From Tubiluchus corallicola (taxonomy: Eukaryota; Animalia; Priapulida), in the NCBI GenBank assembly GCA_030141605.1, contig JAQGDQ010000501.1, positions 32,599-96,598 of the forward strand: a stretch of DNA of 64,000 nt, read 5' to 3'. Made by a program: the position numbers and the translations under genes. Shown here one piece after another: positions 1 to 12,000 of this stretch (positions are counted from its first letter, which is position 1; each line of letters opens with the position of its first letter). Under the pieces are notes generated by a model, which was given only the letters and a program-made list of their open reading frames with translations, had not been told where the DNA came from and did not search any database.

Positions 1-48
1 AAGCGTTTTCAATATTTAAAGTAAATTGGTTAATTCGCATCTTTTTAG

Positions 49-3000
49 AGATTGATGAATGTTCGTCTAATCCTTGTCAGAATGGAGGTACTTGTAAAGA
101 TGAAATCGATAGCTATATATGTCTATGCATCAACGGATATACCGAAAATAAATGTGAAACAGGTAAAACCTTTTACGATGCTTTGTATTTTATGCACATA
201 TGATACGCAGTGTAGCAGTAGTTTGACAATTGTATGACAAGCTTTGTAATTGTCAAAATTTACAGTTTAATAAAATAATCGTGCAACACATTTTCATCAT
301 TTTTTTCTTGTAATGTAAGGTATACAGTAACGTAGCAAATCCTGAAAGCATGCCATTGCAATAGCTATCATGCCGTATATATCAATGAATGCTCATCCAA
401 TCCTTGTTTCCCACAGAACACGAGCCACGGAGACAAGGATTTGATGAGCATTCATTGATATCTAGAAAAAGACAGTTGTTGCTTTCAATTGCTGCTGGAT
501 TTGTTGCGTCATGTATGTCAGATGCGTGATATTCGAGTAATACTTTAATATACGGTCATGTAACAAATTTGGCTATATTTTAACACAATAGTTGTTTTTT
601 TAGATATCAATGAATGCGCGTCCGATCCTTGTGTCCATGGCACATGTTCTGATAAAATCAACTCATACATTTGCAATTGTGAAGCTGGATATACTGGAAA
701 TAAATGTGACATAGGTAAAGACTGGAGCGAAATCTGTTCCTATGCGGGTTATTAAGGAGATAGGAAAACTTGAAATTGTACGCAGTCAGTCTAACATCTG
801 ATAATTTTGCTAATTTGACTAGATTTTGCAAAGAAATAAAATTGTTGGGGACATTAATTACGTCGGCTTGTAAATTCACTACAATGTTGCTGTGCTAATG
901 CTAGATTTTATAAAAATATATTAATTTTAATTTTTGTAGATATTGATTTTTGCTTGTCTACACCTTGCCAAAACGGAGCTACATGTACAAACGGAGTAGA
1001 GAAATACAATTGTACCTGTGCTTCTGGATTTACTGGAGTTAACTGTGATCAAAGTAAAAATTGTCATCATGTAACTCTGTTATTGTAAATATGTATCAAC
1101 TAGAATGTAAAAGCTTTGCATGTAGATTGTTGTCAAGGGGTATTACAACCACTCCATGTTTCACACTTTGCATGTAGATGGTTGTGCAGGGTATTACAAC
1201 CACTCCTTGTTTTACAAAGAAATGATATGCTTTAAAACACTAATTTGCACATAGATTGTTGTCTAGGGGTACTACAACCACTCCTTGTTTTACAAAGAAA
1301 TGATATGCTTTAAAACACTACTTTGTTCTTCCACAAATTTTCAGTAGGTTTGGTGAATTTTTTTACAAGTATTTCTTGCGATTACTTAGCGTATCAGCCA
1401 CTTTCTAATGCATTTGTCATTCATTTCTCTTAAGATATTGACCATTGTTCGCCTAACCCTTGTAAGCATGGAGTTTGCGAAGATGGAATCAATAACTACA
1501 CTTGTATTTGCACTGCTGGATACACTGGACGACAGTGTGAACAAAGTAAATCTTGTGATGTTTTTTATGATTTCTGTAAATTTCAGAAACCTACACAATG
1601 TAGACGTAGTTTATTTGCTTCGGATGATATTTATTTTCATTTTGATTTTTTGCAATTAAGTAAAATTTGTGCTGGACATTTCATTGTTTTTTTTTTGCTA
1701 TGCGCGTTGTGATTTGTAGCAAATCAGTTATTTTCTAGTAAAAATATTTTACTTTTGCTCAGACATTGATGAATGCTTGTCGGATCCTTGTATGAATGGC
1801 GCTACGTGTAGAGATGAAGTTAACGGATACGTTTGTGTTTGTGCTGTTGGATTTGCAGGAGTCAGATGTGGACAAGGTAAAAATTACCATGAATTTTATT
1901 ATGGTTTGCAGATTGCAATTCATAGTTAGCTGTTTGCAGATTTTCAAAATTAGTTAAAATAGTTTTATTATACCAAACTGTAATTGGTATGCAGTAGCAA
2001 ATCCACTTTTAAATAAGAATTTATTTACCCAATCCATGCACGAATGGCGGAACATGTACAGATGATGTAAAAAAGTACACATTATATCAATGAATGCTCA
2101 TCCAATCCTTGTTTCCCACAGAACACGAGTCACGGAGACAAGGATTTGATGAGCATTCATTGATATCTAGAAAAAGACAGTTGTTGCTTTCAATTGCTGC
2201 TGGATTTGTTGCGTCATGTGTGTTAATGCATCATATTCGAGTAATACTTTAATATACGGTCATGTAACAAATCCGGCTATATTTTAACACAATAGCTCTT
2301 TTCTTTAGATATAAATGAATGCACATCTGATCCTTGTGTCCATGGTACATGTTCTGATAGAATCAACTCATACATTTGCAATTGTCAATCTGGGTATACT
2401 GGAAATAAGTGTGACACAGGTAAAGACGGATGTTTTTTATGTAATGTATCTACAGTGTATCTTATTCCCAAAGATAACTATTTTAGTCAAAAGGTGACAC
2501 ACTTACATTTCATTGTTTTCTGCTACATATGACTTAGCAAATATTGCAATATTTTGAATAATTAATTTTTAGATATTGATGAATGTGCATCAAGTCCTTG
2601 CCTAAATAATGCTACATGTCATGATAGAGTCAATGCATATGATTGTTCCTGTGCTGTTGGATATACTGGAACTAGGTGTCGACATGGTAAGTAATAATTA
2701 TAACAGACTGTTCCTTTTAAGGGCATTAGAATAACCATGTGGCAACTGGCAGAGAGCTTGCAGACTGACAGTACTATACAAAGCAGTACAGACTTTTGAG
2801 TGTGTTGTCAGAGAAAAAACTCTCTAGTCTAATATTCGATAACAGCGACAAAGACATCGACACTTTACTGAATGGCTTTTATACGTATTTAAATTTTTGT
2901 GCATATTATGATATGCAGTGTAGTAGTAGTTTGACAATTGCTGCATCACTGTATCCTAATGCATGATATTCGAGTAATACTTTAATATACAGTCATGTAA

Positions 3001-6000
3001 CAATTTCGGCAATATTTTTGCCCAATGGCTCTTTTCTTTAGATATAAATGAATGCGCATCTGATCCTTGTGTCCATGGTACATGTTCTGATAGAACTAAC
3101 TCATACATTTGCAATTGTCAATCCGGGTATACAGGAAATATATGTGCCACAGGTAAGGACGAATGTTTTTTTTTGTATTGTATCTACACTGTACCTTATT
3201 CCCTAAGATAGCTATTTTAGTCAAAAGAGGACACACGTTTCATTGTTTTCTGCTACATATGACTTAGCAAATATTGCAATATATTGAATAATTAATTTTT
3301 AGATGTTGATGAATGTGCATCAAGTCCTTGCCTAAATAATGCTACATGTCTTAATAGAGTCAATGCATACGCTTGTTCTTGTGCTGCTGGATATACTGGA
3401 ACAAGGTGTCGACATGGCAAGTAATAATTATAACAGACTGTTCCTATTGAGATCATTAGAATAACCATGCAGCAACTGTCAGAGAGTTTGCAATTAGTTG
3501 CCAACAGTAGCAGTTAACAAAGCAGTTCACACTTTAGAGTTTGCTATTAGAGAGAAAACACTCTAGTCTAATATGCAATAATAGTGACAATGACATCGAC
3601 ACTTTATTGAATGGCTTTAATACTTATTTAAATAAATTGGGTAATTTGCATCTTTTAATGTGTTTGTTGCTTCTGTTTAGAAATTGATGAATGTTCGTCT
3701 AATCCTTGTCAGTTTGTAGGTACTTGTAAAGATGAAATAGATAGCTATAATTTTTGTGCATCAACAGGTATACCAGAAATGAATGTGAAACAAGTAAAAC
3801 CTTTCACGATGCTTTATATTTTTGCGCATATTATTATATGCAGTGTTGTAGTAGTTTAACAATTGTTGCATCACTGTATCTTAATGCATGATATTCGAGT
3901 AATACTTTAATATACAGTCATGTAACAATTTCGGCAATATTTTTACCCAATGGCTCTTTTCTTTAGATATAAATGAATGCGCATCTGATCCTTGTGTCCA
4001 TGGTACATGTTCTGATAGAACTAACTCATACATTTGCAATTGTCAATCTGGGTATACAGGAAATATATGTGACACAGGTAAAAATGAATGTTTTTTATGT
4101 ATTGTATCTACAGTGTACCTTATTCCCTCAGATAGCTATTTTAGTCAAAAGATGATACACTTACATTTCATTGTTTTCTGCTACATATGACTTAGCAAAT
4201 ATTGCAATATTTTGAATAAATAATTTTTAGAGATAGATGAATGTGCATCAAGTCCTTGCCTAAATAATGCTACATGTCATGATAGAGTCAATGCATATGA
4301 TTGTTCCTGTGCTGCTGGATATACTGGAACTAGGTGTCGACATGGTAAGTAATAATTATAACAGACTGATCCTTTTGAGGGCATTAGAGTAACCATGCAG
4401 CAACTGTCAGAGAGTTTGCAAAAAGTTGCCGACAGTACTACACAAAGCAGTTCAGACTTTAGAGTTTGTTGTCAGAGAGAAAACTCTCTAGTCTAATATC
4501 CAATAACAGTGACAAAGACATCGACGCTTTATTGAATGGCTTTAATACGTATTTAAATAAATTCGGTAATTTGCATCTTTTTAATGCGTTTGCTGCTTCT
4601 GTTTAGAAATTGATGAATGTTTGTCTAATCCTTGTTAGATTGTAGGTACTTATGAAAATAAAATAGATAGCTATAATTTTTGTGCATCAACAGGTATACC
4701 AGAAATGAATGTGAAACAAGTAAAACCTTTCACGATGCTTTGTATTTTTGCGCATATTATGATATGCAGGGTAGTAGTAGTTTAGCAATTGTTGCGTCAC
4801 CGTATCTTAATGCATGATATTCGAGTAATACTTTAATATACAGTCATGTAACAATTTCAGCAATATTTTTACCCAATGGCTCTTTTCTTTAGATATAAAT
4901 GAATGCGCATCTGATCCTTGTGTCCATGGTACATGTTCTGATAGAATTAACTCGTATATTTGCAATTGTCAATCTGGGTATACTGGAAATAAATGTGACA
5001 CAGGTAAAGATGGATGTTTTTATGTATTGTATTCACAGTGTGCCTTATTACCTAAGATAACTATTTTAGTCAAAAGATGATACACTTACATTTCATTGTT
5101 TTCTGCTACATATGACCTAGCAAATTTTGCAATATTTTGAAAAAATAATTTTTAGATACAGATGAATGTGCATCAAGTCCTTGCCTGAATCAGGTCAGCT
5201 TTCAGATTAATTTCAGATTTGTTTTTAAGATTATTATACCACCGTGGCAACAACAACAGAAATCACGACTACAGTGACCACTGAACCACCTGTTTCCATT
5301 GGTAAATGGAGCAAATGGTCCCATCACGGCAAATGTTCTCTTTGTGGCACTCCGGAAGGATTCACTACAAGGAAAAGAACTTGCAAGCCTGAAGGGTCTG
5401 TCTGTGGGTATGTGGACTTTAGCTGCCACCATTTCTTTTTCTTTTTTTAAGTAAATCGCCTCAAACAAAGGCGTGGGCACTGCAGGCGAGCTACTACGGT
5501 TGGTTGTGTGAATATAGGAAGAGAAAAATATAATTCTTACAACTGCCTGCTAGCGAAGAGTCATATTATCATATCATGTTATATCATATTAGGCATTTCT
5601 GCCTGGGAACTGATCATAACAGTCAGCACTTTTAAAAATCTCTAGGTGGTACAGCCTCGAAGCTGCATTGGTAGTTCAGCCATATATTGTCTAGTTTGCT
5701 TATAAAAGAGGTTACGAAGTTTGTGGAGACTACATTTTCAGGGAGGTTGTTCCAGCAATGTACAACCCTCAAGCTGAAGAAACTGTGTCGTGTAGCAGTG
5801 CGACTATACCTTTTCCTTAACTTATATGGACGGCCCCTAGTTCTTGTCTGATTATCTCTTTGCAGGATATCAGCATGCATACTGTACATTCCATGTATAA
5901 ACTTGCATAGTTCTATCATATCACCTCGGACCCTTCTGTACAGCATACGAATTATTTACAAAGCCTTTAGACGCACCTGATAAGGCAGTTCCTTTATCTC

Positions 6001-7596
6001 TGTGACCATAATAGTTGCTCTATGAAGAACTCCAACGATCAGCTTTTGGTCTTTGTGGTCTTTGGAACTCCAACGATCAGCTTTTGGTCTTTGTGGTCTT
6101 TGGAACTCCAACGATGAACTTTTGGTCTTTGTGGTCTTTGGAACTCCAACGATGAGCTTTTGGCCTTTGTGGTCTTTGGAGCTCCAACGATGAGCTTTTG
6201 GTCTTTGTGGTCTTTGGAACTCCAACGATCAGCTTTTGGTCTTTGTGGTCTTTGGAACTCCAACGATGAGCTTTTGGTCTTTGTGGTCTTTGGAACTCCA
6301 ACGATCAGCTTTTGGTCTTTGTGGTCTTTGGAACTCCAACGATCAGCTTTTGGTCTTTGTGGTCTTTGGAACTCCAACGATGAGCTTTTGGTCTTTGTGG
6401 TCTTTGGAACTCCAACGATCAGTTTTTGGTCGTAATATTTAACAATGCAGATCGAACCAACATGATTAAATATATAAAAATATTTGTTATTATTTTGTAG
6501 ACCTGATCATTTAGAAAAAGAAACTCAAAAGACGAGCTGTAACGTTCCTTGCACATTTAGACACCTTGGAAAATGCACGTACATAAATAATGGCAGAGTT
6601 GGGTGAGAGACTAACAATATGTCACTTTTTTTGAAAATCACTTGTAAATGTGTAATTATTAGGTTCATTAATTTCTCAGTGTTGTATTTGTTTACTTATA
6701 AATAGCGTGGAATTTACTTTGTATGATTTCTGTTACTTTTGTGTGGTGTTCTTTTTATCGAAAAAGGAATAATTGAATTAAACTGAACAAAACTGAATTG
6801 AGTTGAATAAGTCGTGGTATAGTTATTCAACCGTTGGTTGAGCACTGTTTTGAGGGCAATTTTCTTTTATTTGGAAATTTCGAAGTCTACAATCGTCGTA
6901 ATTTAAGGCCCAGGCAACATGACAATATTGTATCAATGTTGTGACAATGTTTTGCAAATATTGGGACAAACTGGAAATGTGGACTTGCCACAACATTGTA
7001 CCAATATTTTTTATCAATATGATGACAACATTGGTCCAATGTTGAACCAATAGTGGATAAAAATATCCTATACTGTACCAACATGCTGAAAGTATTGTGT
7101 GATGCTTTGACATGCATAGGATGATGATGGTGATGATGGTGGTGCTTATGTCGCTGCTGCTGATGATGATGATGGTGGTGGTGATTATGTTTGTGATGAT
7201 GATGATGGTGGTGGTGATTATGGTGATGATGATGATGATGGTGGTGGTGGTGATTATGGTGATGATGATGATGATGTATGTTGATGACGATGACAATGAT
7301 GTGGAGCATTAAACATTGTGTTGTTGAAAATTAAAATAACTTTTGGTAACCACAGAAATGATGACATTTCGCTTAAATTTAATGTAAAACTTTTCAGATG
7401 CTACATCAGTCAAATTAAGCATGTTAAGAGAATAATTAACTGTAATTTCTTTGAATGGTCTTTTGAATATTTATTAAAACAAGCAACAAATGAACATTAA
7501 CAAATATTCTTACATTACAGAAGAGGCTCCTGCACAGCTTACTGCCGCAAAGGATACGCTCTTGACCTTCAAGTTTACCGCTGTGTGAAGATATGA
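49..7596 (+). CDS. 3' part of a multi-exon secreted protein: tandem calcium-binding-type EGF repeats, Thr-rich linker, TSP1 domain and Cys-rich tail (fibropellin/Notch-like EGF repeats; 5' end lies outside the window)
   Basis: Phase 1-1 exons, each one EGF repeat (e.g. [37 protein letters not shown]): 49-162, 604-714, 940-1053, 1435-1545, 1763-1876, 2309-2419, 2573-2686, 3042-3152, 3303-3416 (GC donor), 3967-4077, 4231-4344, 4893-5003. Then 5230-5407 ([39 protein letters not shown]1), 6501-6602 and 7521-7596 ending in TGA. Splice phases are consistent and no TM segment is seen. Confidence 0.85.
3681..3793 (+). pseudogene. Frameshifted EGF pseudo-exon (copy of the 49-162 exon type)
   Basis: 113 nt instead of 114; a 1-nt loss after DEIDSY destroys the later Cys pattern; AG/GT retained. 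Confidence 0.75.
4607..4719 (+). pseudogene. EGF pseudo-exon with in-frame stop
   Basis: Reads IDECLSNPC then TAG; paralogous to 3681-3793. Confidence 0.8.
5632..6026 (-). mobile_element. CR1-type LINE 3' fragment in an intron
   Basis: Translation [22 protein letters not shown]...[38 protein letters not shown] matches the typical CR1 ORF2 C-terminus. Confidence 0.8.
6027..6432. repeat. 38-bp minisatellite (~10.5 copies)
   Basis: Unit GAACTCCAACGATCAGCTTTTGGTCTTTGTGGTCTTTG. Confidence 0.95.
7120..7300. repeat. (GAT/GGT)n microsatellite
   Basis: Directly visible trinucleotide run. Confidence 0.9.
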
Positions 7597-7849
7597 AGAA
7601 AGTCAACATTCGTTACATTGCGCTAGCAAATGTACATTCATATAGCACAGTCAAAATAATAGTTCACAGATTTTATTAGTTTTTCTATGTATGTCTGATG
7701 CTTATTTATGTCATTTATTTAGAGCATGCAGTTAATAACAGAATTAAATAGATAAATAGGAACAGAATTAAAACAATATTTATTGATTCTACGTGTTAGT
7801 TTTTTAACTTTGATAATGAAAAAAACTGTTATTTTTATTTGCATTTAGG

Positions 7850-8650
7850 TCCAAGTCTACGTAGAATGTAGAATTGATTGTTAAGCCAAAGTCCACGTAG
7901 ACTGTAGAATTGATTGTTAAGCCCAAGTCCACGTAGATTGTAGAATTGATTGTTAAGCCCAAGTCAACGTAGATTGTAGAACTGCTTGTTAAGCCCAAGT
8001 CCACGTAGATTGTAGAATTGATTGCTAAGCCCAAGTCCACGTAGATTGTAGAATTGATTGTTAAGCCCAAGTCCACATAGATTATAGAATTGATTGTTAA
8101 GCCCAAGTCCACGTAGACTGTAGAATTATTTGTTAAGCCCAAGTCCACGTAGACTGTAGAATTGTTTGTTAAGCCCAAGTCCACGTAGACTGTAGAATTG
8201 ATTGTTAAGCCCAAGTCCACGTAGATTGTAGAATTGATCGTTAATCCCAAGTCAACGTAGATTGTAGAATTGATCGTTAATCCCAAGTAAACGTAGACTG
8301 TAGAATTGATTGTTAAGCCCAAATCCACGTAGATTGTAGAATTGATCGTTAATCCCAAGTCAACGTAGATTGTAGAATTGATTGTTAAGCCCAAGTCCAC
8401 GTAGACTGTAGAATTGATTGTTAAGCCCAAGTCCACGTAGATTGTAGAATTGATTGTTAAGCCCAAGTCCACGTAGATTGTAGAATTGTTTGTTAAGCCC
8501 AAGTCCACGTAGATTGTAGAATTGATTGTTAAGCCCAAGTCCACGTAGACTGTAGAATTGTTTGCTAAGCCCAACTCCACGTAGATTGTAGAATTGATTA
8601 TCAAACCCAAATTGACGTAGATTGTAGAATGGATTGTCAAGCCCAAGTTT
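7850..8650. repeat. 36-bp minisatellite (~22 copies)
   Basis: Unit GCCCAAGTCCACGTAGATTGTAGAATTGATTGTTAA. Confidence 0.95.
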
Positions 8651-9743
8651 AAGAAAACTACCATGGTTTAAAAGCGCAAACATGGCCTAATGAACTGTGC
8701 TATAGCTTCACATTGCTCGTGCTTTCGTGGTAAATGGCATAGTTATTATTCGTGCTTATAATCTTTTTTATGAAGTCTCCATGTTTCATGTAATGACAGC
8801 TATGTATTAAAATATAACATGCAAAGTTTATTTAACCATTTCGCCTATTCGCCACAATGGGAAAAGTGAAGATGCCACTTCAAGCTAATCAGTGCTTAGT
8901 TTACATTTACGTTTGTATTAGACGAAGGTTTTGTCACCAAACAACTTTACATGTAGTTTCAGGTGGCTGTTATTTTGGCTGTATGAACGTCGTCTTATAC
9001 CTTCACCCCTAAAATAAAATTACAAATTTGCGGCAAATGTGGTCCTAACTCTAGTCCTGAGCTCCCAAATTACCACAGGGCAAATATCTGCAGTATAAAT
9101 GATTGGTTAATCTAGTTCAACAAATTTCATTTTAGTAATTTTTAAAGCAAGTTTAATCTAGTAAGTGCTAACACATTTTATAATTAAATAAACACAATAA
9201 CAATCGACAAAATTTGTGAATCGTGATTATATAATTCTGAACTATCGGTGAGTTAATGCTAGCTTTTTTACCAAAATTATGAAGTACATGTGGTGTTATA
9301 CATATCTTTTATGTAATAATTGCTCTTGTTTACTACATTATGGCTCTTAGAGAAAGAGGATACAGTAACTGCTTGTGTTTTGGATATAAGCACGTGGTGC
9401 CTCCTGGTGTTTGTTTTTCCTAGTTTAGACAGGTGAGCTAGGTTAGGAAATAGGCCATTGGCCTCATTTCACAGCTAGGATATGAAAGAAGTGACTCGCC
9501 GGTATGCGGCAAAGATGTAAGTTTCATTTCTTCACATTTCGTCATGTCTTGTTATTATTAATTATCATTATACCAGTTACTTAATGTTTTGACGTTGGTT
9601 TAGCAGAAAGAATTTTTAATTTTTCTTCAGATAAAACGAAGTCGAACGCATGTCGCGTACAGTTTTATATCTCAGTCCGTGTACCTAGACGAGACGACCA
9701 TATTGCTTTCGAAAACAGAACACCTGGACAAGGCTAGTACAGC

Positions 9744-10278
9744 ATGGCTTCCGGGCAAGGACAAGATTTGTTGAGACTAAATGAAGAACAGCTTCAGCAA
9801 AAATCCCCACAAGAGTTAAGAAAGTTGCTACGGGATAAGGGATTACAAGTCGCTGGAAGCAAAGCAGAATTAGTCCAACGAGTACTGGACAGCGAGATTA
9901 CTGCAGAGGTAACCACACCTACTTCAAAGAGTGAGAGTGTTGAAACGGCTCGTGACCAATCAGGGGAGTAACGCAAAAGGACAAAACCACGTCCAGCAGT
10001 GTGAAAACTTCTGCAACAAACTTAAGCAGGCTTGATTTGCATGCCTTGAAAATTAAAGAACAGAAACTAAAATTACAAACCATGGAGACCAAACATTTGC
10101 GCATGCAAAAGGCTAGTCAGGGGTCTGCTAGTTCAGATGTGGTTTCGCCTGTAGCCAAAGAAATATCAAGTGCAGAAAAGGTCAATGAGTGGATTGAAAA
10201 GTCACACAAAGATATCACAGAAGTCTCGTCACCTGAAGGGCTCATCAACCTGGCTCATGAAAACGTACCTGACAAGGT
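9744..10278 (+). pseudogene. Frameshifted SAP-domain ORF, possibly the gag 5' end of an LTR retrotransposon (BEL/Pao-like)
   Basis: LQQKSPQELRKLLRDKGLQVAGSKAELVQRVL fits the SAP motif. The reading continues in another frame (ALKIKEQKLKLQ...EKVNEWIEK) and is then cut by a LINE fragment. The gag assignment is inference. Confidence 0.5.
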
Positions 10279-10690
10279 ATGCTTGATTATGGAAAGGAGT
10301 ATCTGGTTTACAGGAAAAACGGGGAGTCATGTGGCGGAGGAATCGCCTTACTTATGCGAAAAACAATAAAAAGTGTGTCTAGGTGCAATGAAACGGAAGT
10401 AGCAGCTGTTGATTTAATCAGCACTGCTTCATCAAGACTCGTTTTTTGCTATTGTCCACCACGAGCTGACATTGTATATATTAACAAACTCTGTGACACT
10501 ATAAACTCTCTGTGTAATGTACACTATCCTACCATTGTGATTGGCGATTTTAACTTGCCACTTTTTGAGTGGACCAGTTTTACTTATCCTGTCTCAGCCA
10601 CGTATGAAAAGTTTGCTAATTGTATTCTTGAAAATGTAGTGTGTACAAAGTTCTACGTGTAATGATAACATTTTGGACCTTGCTTTTGCA
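10279..10690 (+). mobile_element. LINE (CR1-like) APE endonuclease fragment
   Basis: YLVYRK..GGGIALL, YCPP and IVIGDFNLP are APE endonuclease motifs. Confidence 0.8.
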
Positions 10691-11214
10691 ACACTGGTAT
10701 CAGAAGGGATTGGCTGTAGTGTAGTTTAAAATGGTTTGAATCCACTTACCGTCAGCTCGCTTTTCTATTGCTGCCTCATCCTCGTGGAACGATCTTTCCA
10801 CAATCCATTTATTTGCACCAGGCAGGGTCTATGACCACTTTCAAAAATAACTCAAGAGCGCTTTCTTTTCAAAAAAGCCTATTATAGACGAACGATACTA
10901 CAATTATGTTTTTAATTTATTTTCATTTTCTAGTTGTTTTAGTTAACATAAACTTTATAATAGCTTATTGTTTAACAAACCTGTGTATTTTGTTCTATTT
11001 TCACTATACCTTAATCTATAATTTTATCAAAGTGTGGTTTCTTACTGTATTAGGCATTTTATTATGAACTCGATGCTCGTACTGTAGGTCTATTAATTTA
11101 ATATTTTCTAATTATAGCTACTATGTTAACTGCAGTAAACAGCGATGAGACCCATGCTGTTTAAAAAATCAACTATTATTGTTATTATTATTATTATTTC
11201 TATTTTTTATTATT

Positions 11215-11703
11215 ATTGTTGTTGGCATCCTTCTGTCTCGGAAGACAATGAAATGTGCGCCAAGAGAGTCCAATCCTTGAATGTCTCCAGGGCACACGGC
11301 TGGGCAAGGTGTAAGGAGATCCTGAGTTGCCCAGACAACAGGAACCCCCTCTCTTCATCCCTGGTGTAATACAGAGGAAAGCGGAGCTATACGTTTGGCA
11401 CCAGGTTGGCTGCAGGAGCTGCCGGAGTCAGTGAGCATGCTGGACTGGTCCGCCTTCGGGGCTCCACTCGGAAGGTTTACTCCTCTACGCATGGCCATTG
11501 GGTCACTTGACCTCCTCCGCCCTCTAGCCGTTGGCAGCTTGTACAGCTCCTCCGCCTAGTTTGAGATACAGTGTGGGCATCCCGCAAGCCTACAGCGCCT
11601 GGTATTTCTAAGCGGTCACCCATCCAAGAACTAACCAGGCTCTACGTTGCTTGACTTCGGTGATCAGACGAGACCCGGCGTTTTCAACGTGATTTGGCCG
11701 TAG
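11215..11703 (-). mobile_element. 5S rRNA-derived SINE (SINE3-type) with an RTE-like tail
   Basis: The reverse complement of ~11587-11703 is a near full-length 5S copy (..TCTCGTCTGATCACCGAAGTCAAGCAACG..TTGGATGGGTGACCGC..TACCAGGCGCTGTAGGCTT). It lacks a T-run terminator and continues through a GC-rich body ending GTCTTCCGAGACAGAAGGATGCCAAC into a (CAA/TAA)n tail. Confidence 0.75.
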
Positions 11704-11705
11704 TT

Positions 11706-11768
11706 GTTGTATTATTGTTATTATTATTATTATTAAAATTATTATTATTATTATTATTATTATTATTG

Positions 11769-11827
<59 letters not shown>

Positions 11828-11842
11828 GTTATTATTATTAAA

Positions 11843-11908
<66 letters not shown>

Positions 11909-11948
11909 ATTATTATTATTATTATTATTATTATATTATTATTATTAA

Positions 11949-11979
<31 letters not shown>

Positions 11980-12000
11980 ATTATCATCATTATTATTATC
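11706..12000. repeat. (TTA)n microsatellite
   Basis: Directly visible. Confidence 0.95.

Larger units (their letters stand above)
2230..5195 (+). repeat. Tandem segmental duplication of EGF exon/intron cassettes (~925-bp period)
   Basis: Near-identical exons and introns recur; the [13 protein letters not shown] exon type starts at 2309, 3042, 3967 and 4893 (spacings 733, 925, 926). Confidence 0.9.

Noticed and set aside
6027-8650. 36-38-bp tandem arrays (also 40336-40803) resembling CRISPR repeats in length
   Set aside because: Units are contiguous with no unique spacers, there are no cas genes and the context is eukaryotic; these are minisatellites.
7804-8683. 286-aa VDLGLTINSTIY repeat ORF
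   Set aside because: By-product of a 36-bp minisatellite with no stop in that frame; no signal peptide, splice context or unique domain.
11587-11703. Functional 5S rRNA gene
   Set aside because: Several substitutions, no oligo-T terminator, not in a tandem array, and it runs into a SINE-like body.
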